From Candidatus Rokuibacteriota bacterium (GTDB lineage: Bacteria > Methylomirabilota > Methylomirabilia > Rokubacteriales > CSP1-6), in the NCBI GenBank assembly GCA_016193045.1, contig JACPSW010000059.1:49383-113382 (forward strand): DNA of 64,000 nucleotides. Reading direction: 5' to 3'. The notes under the pieces were generated by a model, which ran no database searches, was not told the DNA's origin, and saw only the letters and a list, made by a program, of their open reading frames with translations. Shown one piece after another: positions 57,646 through 64,000 of this stretch; position 1 is the stretch's first letter, and every line of letters starts with the position of its first letter. The position numbers and the translations under genes were made by a program.

Positions 57646-60018
57646 CTACGACGTGACCCGCGTGTCCATGGCCTCTTGCACCTCCGCCTGGGTCAGCGCG
57701 CGGTTGTAGACCCGAACCTCGTCGATCAGCCCGCCGAAGAAGTCGAGGTTCGACGCGCCGTAGATCCAAGCCCCGATCTGGAGCGCATCAGTGACTGCGG
57801 GCAGCGATACCGATCGGGCGGTCCCCTGCGGTGCCCCGTTCAGGTAGGCGCGCAGGGTCGCGCCATCGTAGACAAGCGCTACGTGATGCCAGGTGTTCGT
57901 CGAGATGGCCGTGCCGAAGGTGCGGCCGCCGGAGAAGGTGATCACGCCGTTCCTGAGGAAAAAGGCTCGCGTACTCCCGACCGTCATGATCGTCTCGTAC
58001 GCCTCGTTGCTCGGGTTGAAGACCCAGGCCATCATGGTGAAGGCCGGACCGAGCGTCACTGTGCCCGCAGCGACGCGATCGTGGACGCCGTCGAAGGCAA
58101 GTGCCCTCCCCAAACCCCCCGGCGTGTGCGTCGTCCTGGTGGCGCCCGAGATGGTGGCACTGCGGTTGTTTCCCGAGGAGTCGACGGCGGTGGCGCCACT
58201 CCCTTCGTCGAACCCGTAGGCGGCCACGAGGCCGCCGGCCGCGGCGACCTCGAAGATGCCGATATCCGGGGCGGCCCCCTGGAAGTGGACGCCGGGGATG
58301 ATCACGCCCTCATCGATGGCAGAGCTCCCCGCCTGGAGGGCGAACACCCGGTTCGCCTCGTCGGCGAAGCGCGGGTCGGTCTCGAGGTTGTTGGCCGCCT
58401 CTGGGTAAAGGGCCTCGAATTGAGCCAGGGTGTAATCGACGTTGCCCCCCTGGTCGGGGCGGCGAATGCGCAGCACGGCGAGCTCCCCGGCGGAGCCGGG
58501 CTCCCGGAGGAGGATGTTGTTCTGGATCCGATTCCCGTTCAGGCTGCCTTCCGGCCACGCCACCGGCGTCTGGAAATGCTCGATGACGACCGAATAGATG
58601 GCGCCCCCGAAGGCAAAACCGCTGTTTCGGAAGAAGACGTTGTTCGCGATGAGGTTGTCGCGAACCGTGCGGCCGTCCTGTTCGAACAACAGGATCGCGA
58701 CCCCGGCCTGTCCCGCGTTGGCGGGCGCGGCCGTCCCCCCGTTGCCGTAGAAGACGTTGTGGTAAATCTGGTTGCCGATCGAGTCCTGCCCGATGGGTCC
58801 GAAGGCGAAGCCGCCCACGTGGATGCCCGCGCCCGCGTTGTCGAAGACCTCGTTGTACCTGATGATGTTGTCGCCGGCCGCGATCTGAATCCCCGGCCCG
58901 GGGGGGTTGACGCCGTTGCGGGCCCCGTCGGAAATCCGGTTGCCCTCGACGAGCGTCCGCCGGGCTCGCCACGAGAGGATAAGGGGCGTCGCCCACCGGT
59001 TGGACAGCACGTTGTTGGCCACGACGTTGTCGAGGACATCGGCGTCATCCGGCCGGTCGCCGCCGATCTGGATCAGGCTGTGGCCGCCGTTCGTCAAACG
59101 GTTGTTGAGGATCAGGTTCCGGCTGGCGCCGTTCGCGATCCAGACCGAGTCGCCGATGTTGGCCGCCTCGTCGCCCACATCCCGGATGATGTTGGCGTCG
59201 ATGACGTTGTCGCTGGAGCCGTCGTAGATGAGGATGTCGGTGCCCGTGAGGTCAGAGTTCCTGACCACGTTGTGGTGCGCGCCCTCGGCCAAGAAGACGC
59301 CGGACACTCCGATCGGGCTGCCGATGTTCGTCATGGCGAGGCCGTCGACGATGATGTAGCTCTCGGCCGAGCCCCTGTCGAGCCACACGACAGCGGCGAA
59401 CCATCCGCCGTCGAGCACGGCGGTCGCCCCCGGCGCGCTGCGGAAGGTGATCGGCCGGTCGGCCGTCCCCGACGTGAGGGGCCGGATCACCTGGCCCACG
59501 AATGTGCCCCGCAGCAAGACCGTGTCGCCTGCTACGACCGACTGGTTGGCCCTGTCGAGCGTCCGCCAGGCCGTGCTCGGGCCCAGTCCGTCGTTCGCGT
59601 CGTCGCCGCTGGCAGCATCCACGTAGAGCGTTCGGTTGAAGGCCAGGGGGTTGGCCACGGTGAGGTGGAACGGGGCGGATTCGATCACTTCGCCCGAGGC
59701 GTAGCGGGCTTCAGCGGTGATCGTGTGCTCGCCGTTCACGGCGCTGGCCGCGCTCCACAGGATCTCGTAGGGAAAGGCGGTATCGAGCGCTTCCAGCGGG
59801 TAGCCGTCGAGTTTGAACTGCACGCCGAGGAGCCCAGCCTCGGGCGGGACGTCGGCGGAGAGCGTCACGACGCCGGTCACCGGCGACGACTGGGACGCGC
59901 AGATCGCGAACCCCGGGAGCGCGGCCGGTTGGGCGGCCACGGGCAGGGGCAGGGCGGCCCAGGCCGCGAGCAGCAGGAGCGCCCGGCAGGCCCGAGCGAG
60001 GATCGAGTGTGCGTTCAC
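57646..60018 (-). CDS. Secreted right-handed beta-helix protein with an N-terminal Ig-like domain and a C-terminal LamG/concanavalin-A-like lectin domain (paralog 3).
   Basis: Signal peptide ILARACRALLLLAAWAALPLPVAA. The beta-helix core is paralogous to 12054..13883. A C-terminal ~200 aa LamG-like domain is present (FDGVHDRVA...WHHVALVYDG...LRAYLNG...IDEVRVYNRALT). Confidence 0.8.
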   Translation of the reverse strand: MNAHSILARACRALLLLAAWAALPLPVAAQPAALPGFAICASQSSPVTGVVTLSADVPPEAGLLGVQFKLDGYPLEALDTAFPYEILWSAASAVNGEHTITAEARYASGEVIESAPFHLTVANPLAFNRTLYVDAASGDDANDGLGPSTAWRTLDRANQSVVAGDTVLLRGTFVGQVIRPLTSGTADRPITFRSAPGATAVLDGGWFAAVVWLDRGSAESYIIVDGLAMTNIGSPIGVSGVFLAEGAHHNVVRNSDLTGTDILIYDGSSDNVIDANIIRDVGDEAANIGDSVWIANGASRNLILNNRLTNGGHSLIQIGGDRPDDADVLDNVVANNVLSNRWATPLILSWRARRTLVEGNRISDGARNGVNPPGPGIQIAAGDNIIRYNEVFDNAGAGIHVGGFAFGPIGQDSIGNQIYHNVFYGNGGTAAPANAGQAGVAILLFEQDGRTVRDNLIANNVFFRNSGFAFGGAIYSVVIEHFQTPVAWPEGSLNGNRIQNNILLREPGSAGELAVLRIRRPDQGGNVDYTLAQFEALYPEAANNLETDPRFADEANRVFALQAGSSAIDEGVIIPGVHFQGAAPDIGIFEVAAAGGLVAAYGFDEGSGATAVDSSGNNRSATISGATRTTHTPGGLGRALAFDGVHDRVAAGTVTLGPAFTMMAWVFNPSNEAYETIMTVGSTRAFFLRNGVITFSGGRTFGTAISTNTWHHVALVYDGATLRAYLNGAPQGTARSVSLPAVTDALQIGAWIYGASNLDFFGGLIDEVRVYNRALTQAEVQEAMDTRVTS

Positions 60019-60023
60019 GTGCG

Positions 60024-61334
60024 CTACAGCCTGAGAATCCGGTCGGCCGGAGCGGGGATCCCCCAGGTGGCGTTCCGCGTGTCCACGACGAGCGCCGCCG
60101 CCTCGACGATCCGCCGGTAGTCGAACTCCGGATGGTCGGCGAGGATCAGCGCGCAGTCGGTCGCTCGGAGCTCCTCGTCCGTCACCGCCACGGCCTTCAG
60201 CACAGCCCCGTCAAGCACGATCGAGGGGACGTAAGGGTCGGCGTAAGAGACCTCGGCCCCCCTGTCGCGGAGCTTCGCGACGATCTCCAGGGCAGGCGAC
60301 TCCCGCATATCGCCGACGCCGCGCTTGTACGCGACCCCGAGCGCGAGGATCCTAGCGGCGTTCACACAGCGGGCCCGCCGGTTCAGCGCCTCGGTCACCA
60401 GCTCCACCACGTGGCGGGGCATCGCGCGATTGATCTCGTCGGCCAGCGCGATGAAGCGCGCCTCGTAGCCGTTGAGGCGCATCTTCCAGGCGAGATAGAG
60501 GGGGTCGACGGGGATGCAGTGCCCGCCGATGCCCGGCCCCGGGTAGAAGGGCATGAAGCCGAAGGGCTTCGTGGCGGCGGCGTCGATCACCTCCCTGGTG
60601 CTCACGCCGAGGCGCTGGCACATGAGGGCGAACTCGTTCGCCAGCGCGATGTTGACGTTCCGGAAAACGTTTTCGTAGAGCTTGGCCAGCTCGGCGACCT
60701 TCGGGCTGGAGACCTCGACGACCTTGGTGATGATCTGACGGTAGAGGAAGGCGGCGAGGTGTGCGCACTCGGGCGTGACGCCCCCCACCACCTTCGGGAT
60801 GTCTCGCACCTTGAAGGTCGCGTTGCCCGGGTCGATGCGTTCCGGCGAGAAGGCGAGGAACAGGTTGACGCCCACCCTGGCCTGCCGGCCCTCGAACAGG
60901 GAGAGTAGGAGCTCCTCGGTGGTCCCCGGATAGGTCGTGGATTCCAGAATCACCAGCTGACCGGGCCTGAAGCGGGCGGCGGCCTGCTCTGCCGCGGCGA
61001 CCACGAAGGAGATGTCCGGGTCCTTGGATTTCCTCAGCGGCGTCGGCACACAGATGAGCACGGCTTCGCTCTGTTCCAGGACGGAGAAGTCCGACGTCGC
61101 CTCGTACCGGCCTTGGCGGAGCAGTGTCGCCAGGTCCTCGCTCTCCACGTCGGGGCTGCACGACCGGCCGGCGTTGAGCGCCGTGACTCGGTCCAGGTCG
61201 GTGTCGAGGCCCGTCACCGGAAAGCCGGCGCGGGCGAACTCGACGGCCAGAGGGAGCCCCACGTACCCCTGGCCGATGACGGTGAGGCGTGCCTCCCGGT
61301 TTCGGATGCGTTCGACGAGGCCTGCGTGACTCAT
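60024..61334 (-). CDS. UDP-N-acetyl-D-glucosamine (or mannosamine) 6-dehydrogenase, WbpA/WecC-like.
   Basis: The Rossmann motif TVIGQGYVGLPLA and a catalytic Cys region (GGHCIPVD) are present. 436 aa, in the nucleotide-sugar dehydrogenase family. Confidence 0.85.
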   Translation of the reverse strand: MSHAGLVERIRNREARLTVIGQGYVGLPLAVEFARAGFPVTGLDTDLDRVTALNAGRSCSPDVESEDLATLLRQGRYEATSDFSVLEQSEAVLICVPTPLRKSKDPDISFVVAAAEQAAARFRPGQLVILESTTYPGTTEELLLSLFEGRQARVGVNLFLAFSPERIDPGNATFKVRDIPKVVGGVTPECAHLAAFLYRQIITKVVEVSSPKVAELAKLYENVFRNVNIALANEFALMCQRLGVSTREVIDAAATKPFGFMPFYPGPGIGGHCIPVDPLYLAWKMRLNGYEARFIALADEINRAMPRHVVELVTEALNRRARCVNAARILALGVAYKRGVGDMRESPALEIVAKLRDRGAEVSYADPYVPSIVLDGAVLKAVAVTDEELRATDCALILADHPEFDYRRIVEAAALVVDTRNATWGIPAPADRILRL

Positions 61335-62368
61335 TCCCGCACCTCCGCGGCCAGCTCCAGGACGGCCTGGGCCAGTCTCTGTGGGTCGTGGCGGATCTTG
61401 GGGCCCACCCCGAGAAGGTCGCGCGCGATCGGCCGGACGCCCAGCGCCCCTAGGGGCGGGACTTCCATGGGGACGGGGACAGTACCTTCGGCGGCATAAT
61501 GCTCGATCAGCTCAGGGGGGATGGGGGCAGTATTAAAGAGCACATCGTGAATGGGGACCTGGGGCGCATGGCCACGGATGGCCATGACAAAGTCGGCCGC
61601 GGTGTAGCCGTCGGTCTCCCCCGGCTCGGTCATCAGGTTCATCACGAGCACGATCCGGGCACGGGAATGCGCCACGGCCTCCGCGAGCTCCTCGATCAGG
61701 AGGATAGGGATGAGGCTGGTGTAAAGACTTCCGGGGCCGATGACGATCAGATCCGCCGCCCCGATGGCGTCCCGGGCCTGGGGGAGGGCCCGGGCGCCTT
61801 CCGGCTTCAGCCGAACCCGCCGGATGGGGCGGCGGGCCGAGGCGATCCGTGATTCTCCTTCCACGCAGCTGCCGTCGGCAAACTCAGCCAGGAGGACGAC
61901 ATCGTCCCCGGTGGATGGCAAGACTCGCCCCCGGATCGCCAGGATCTCGCCTCCCCGCTCCACCGCCCTGGAGAAGTCGCTCTCGAGCTGGCTGAGGGCG
62001 GTCAGGATGAGGTTCCCCAGGCTATGGCCTCCAATTTCTTCTCCGCCATTGAATCGGAAGCTGAAGATGGCCGCCATTCGGGGATCGCCATCCGCGAGGG
62101 CGAGAAGGCAGTTCCGGAGGTCGCCCGGAGGGAGCACCCGGTACGCCTGTCTCAGGCGCCCGGAACTGCCTCCGTCGTCCGCGACCGTGACGATGGCCGT
62201 GAGTCGATCCCGGTCTCGGGACGGTTCCCACATCCATCCGGGAGGAAACAAGGCCGCTCTCATGCCCTGGAGCAGAATGGGGAGACCGGTGCCGCCCCCC
62301 AGCGCGACCACCCTGGGAGTTCGACGGGCGGGCCGGAAGGCCGGGGCCAGGAGCCGCTCCCCCGGCAT
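61331..62368 (-). CDS. YvcK/CofD-family (UPF0052) protein.
   Basis: Start at MPGERLL. The VVALGGGTGL motif and conserved DGGSSG and GPGSLYTS blocks are present. Confidence 0.75.
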   Translation of the reverse strand: MPGERLLAPAFRPARRTPRVVALGGGTGLPILLQGMRAALFPPGWMWEPSRDRDRLTAIVTVADDGGSSGRLRQAYRVLPPGDLRNCLLALADGDPRMAAIFSFRFNGGEEIGGHSLGNLILTALSQLESDFSRAVERGGEILAIRGRVLPSTGDDVVLLAEFADGSCVEGESRIASARRPIRRVRLKPEGARALPQARDAIGAADLIVIGPGSLYTSLIPILLIEELAEAVAHSRARIVLVMNLMTEPGETDGYTAADFVMAIRGHAPQVPIHDVLFNTAPIPPELIEHYAAEGTVPVPMEVPPLGALGVRPIARDLLGVGPKIRHDPQRLAQAVLELAAEVRE

Positions 62369-62478
62369 GGCCTGCCACCGGTAGAGCCCTATGTGGCTGT
62401 CGTACTCGACCAGGTAGCGTGGCTCGCCCACGGCCTCACTCCGTCTTGATGCCCCGCACTTCCTCGCTCTTCCACCAA

Positions 62479-63774
62479 TCACGCCGCCTTCGTCTGGTCG
62501 AGCTTCTTGCGTAGTGTCCATTTGCCGGTCACTCCCGTGAGGGGCTCGGCCCGGCGGGCATCGGGCGCCGCTGAACGGCAAGCTAAGAGAACGATCTTGA
62601 ATGTCTCGAAGAGGATACGGAGATCGAGCCGGAACGACCGGTGCTTGACGTAGTAGACGTCGTACCGCAGCTTCTCGATCTCTTCCTCGAGGTTGTTCGC
62701 GTAGCGGTAGCGGACCTGGGCCCAGCCCGTGATTCCTGGCCGGACCATCGAGCGGAGGCAGTAGTACGGGATGGCTTCGCCGCTCTCGGGGGTGTTTCGA
62801 GCTACCAGGGCAAACAGCTCGAAGTTTGAGGCCGGATGGGGCCGCGGACCTACGAGATTCATGTCGCCCCGGACGATGTTCACCAACTGAGGAAGCTCAT
62901 CGAGGTGAAACTTCCGGAGCCACTTCCCGACCCGGGTGATGCGGTCGCCGTTGTCCCCGACCCACTCGGACGTCCGCCCGCTGGCGGGGCGCATGGTGCG
63001 AAACTTGACTAACGTGAAACGCTTCCCGCGCAGGCCCACCCGCTCCTGAACGAAAAACACGGGCCCCCGGGAATCCAGCTTGATCGCCAGGGCGATGAAG
63101 CCGAAAAGGAGGGCAAGGCTGATGAGCCCCATCAGAGAGGCGAGAAAGCTCATGGCGCGCACGAGCACCAGGTAGGTCCAGGGCTTGGGGAAATCCCTGG
63201 AGAAGACGAGGTGGTTCGACGTGAGCGACTCGATGGCGAGCTTCCCCGTGAGGCGCTCGTAGACCTCGACACCGTCGTCGACAGCAACGCCCCTCAACAT
63301 CCGGGCCTCCAGGAGCGGCTCGATACGCAACCTCCCTCGCAGCTCGTCGAGCGCCACGATGATCCGGTCAGGACGGACCTGCTCAACAATCTTGCCGATC
63401 TGCTCCAGTGGCCCCAACAGGGGATAGCCGAGCGGTAGGTCTTGGGGCCCGCCGGGATCATCCGCCACGCCCACGATGGCGTACCGGCCACGGGGGTCAG
63501 CCTCGATCTCCTCGATGAGCTTCCGGGTGAGCAGGCTCGTCCCCACGATCAGCACGCGCTCCCTGAAGGCGCGGCTTCTGAGAATCCGGTATGTGGCGGC
63601 GTGGAGCGGCAGAACCAGCCCGAGGCCGATCAGGACACTCGCGAGGACAGGACCTCGGGCGAGCATTTCTGGGAAAAGCACGTAAAGGGCGCCCACCACG
63701 GGTAAGGCGATGCCGAGGGATACCGCGCAGGCGAACGACAGTGCGGAGGCTAGCTTCAGCCGCGTCAGCGTCAT
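62479..63774 (-). CDS. Polyprenyl-phosphate glycosyl-1-phosphate transferase (WbaP/EpsB-type bacterial sugar transferase); initiates repeat-unit assembly.
   Basis: N-terminal transmembrane helices and a CoA-binding-like linker are present. A C-terminal catalytic domain has KFRTM, DELPQLVNIVRGDMNLVGPRP and ITGWAQV motifs. Confidence 0.85.
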   Translation of the reverse strand: MTLTRLKLASALSFACAVSLGIALPVVGALYVLFPEMLARGPVLASVLIGLGLVLPLHAATYRILRSRAFRERVLIVGTSLLTRKLIEEIEADPRGRYAIVGVADDPGGPQDLPLGYPLLGPLEQIGKIVEQVRPDRIIVALDELRGRLRIEPLLEARMLRGVAVDDGVEVYERLTGKLAIESLTSNHLVFSRDFPKPWTYLVLVRAMSFLASLMGLISLALLFGFIALAIKLDSRGPVFFVQERVGLRGKRFTLVKFRTMRPASGRTSEWVGDNGDRITRVGKWLRKFHLDELPQLVNIVRGDMNLVGPRPHPASNFELFALVARNTPESGEAIPYYCLRSMVRPGITGWAQVRYRYANNLEEEIEKLRYDVYYVKHRSFRLDLRILFETFKIVLLACRSAAPDARRAEPLTGVTGKWTLRKKLDQTKAA

Positions 63775-64000
63775 CGTTCGCGGGGCTCTCTCAGGCGGTC
63801 CAGGCTGACAACGGAGCCTGACTCACGCCCGTTGCCCCCGGTGACCGGCCACCCGATCCTCATTCTCCGGCGGGGGTGGCCGGCAACCAGCTGGCAGAGG
63901 AGGGGCCCCAGCTTGTCGGGATCGTGCCGAACCACGGGCGCCGGCTCGAGGAGGTCAGTGGTCACGACCAGCGGATGCCCGGACGGGGCCGCGAAGTCGA
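63771..64000 (-). CDS. 3' end of an unidentified upstream gene (partial); the reading frame is open to the window edge.
   Basis: The minus-strand frame is open from 64000 down to the TGA at 63771-63773, which overlaps the start of the priming transferase (ATGA). The encoded C-terminus has no recognisable motif. Confidence 0.35.
   Translation of the reverse strand, partial: DFAAPSGHPLVVTTDLLEPAPVVRHDPDKLGPLLCQLVAGHPRRRMRIGWPVTGGNGRESGSVVSLDRLREPRER

Noticed and set aside
1-64000. CRISPR arrays, insertion sequences, transposases, integrases and phage genes.
   Set aside because: No short regularly spaced direct repeats, terminal inverted repeats, DDE or tyrosine recombinase-like proteins, or phage structural genes were recognised. 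The only repeat of note is the roughly 300-bp RCC1 gene 5' duplication. The DUF360 holin-family protein is stand-alone and not in a phage context.

Overview
This is a high-GC bacterial chromosomal segment, judged by eye at about two-thirds G+C, with lower-GC islands. I found no rRNA, tRNA, CRISPR array or recognisable IS/transposase.

**Coordinates 1-11,222, mostly on the + strand, hold housekeeping-type modules:**
- A TAT-exported molybdopterin oxidoreductase (Ttr/Psr-like), with a partial 4Fe-4S ferredoxin subunit upstream and an FmdE-family protein downstream.
- A DtxR-family metalloregulator co-oriented with a DUF360 membrane protein. It is divergent from a complete Fe(III)-type ABC importer (binding protein, permease, ATPase), with a TTAGGT-repeat operator overlapping a TTGACA-17-TATGGT promoter.
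- A pair of genes encoding an HExxH zinc metallopeptidase and a D-Ala-D-Ala-ligase-like ATP-grasp enzyme.

**A roughly 480-bp AT-rich intergenic region (11.6-12.05 kb) marks the edge of the main feature.**

**From 13.9 kb to the window end (and beyond), about 45 genes lie uninterrupted on the minus strand.** Together they look like one giant glycoconjugate (EPS / O-antigen / glycolipid-like) locus. It contains:
- A priming polyprenyl-phosphate sugar transferase, a Wzx flippase and a Wzy polymerase.
- Glycosyltransferases of several families (GT2, GT4, GT1-like and a GT-C ArnT/PMT-like enzyme).
- A full UDP-ManNAc(3NAc)A pathway (WbpA/B/E/D plus a WecB-type 2-epimerase).
- Ugd and a UDP-glucuronate decarboxylase (UXS).
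- Several SDR epimerases, methyltransferases (one fused to a VanZ domain) and a heparinase-II/III-like protein.
- A CE4 deacetylase and an acyl module: an acyl carrier protein (ACP), an acyl-AMP ligase, a 3-ketoacyl reductase-like SDR, GNAT and hexapeptide acyltransferases, and a lipoprotein lipase.
- A lower-GC three-gene island (spermidine-synthase-domain membrane protein, GMC oxidoreductase and its TAT small subunit).
- A secreted RCC1 beta-propeller protein and a truncated duplicate of its 5' end.
- Three paralogous secreted right-handed beta-helix proteins that bracket the locus.
- A recombination scar where one beta-helix gene is fused to a 5'-truncated second wecB copy.

The ORF track lists many long antisense or shadow ORFs with low-complexity Arg/Gly/Pro-rich translations; I treated these as high-GC artefacts.
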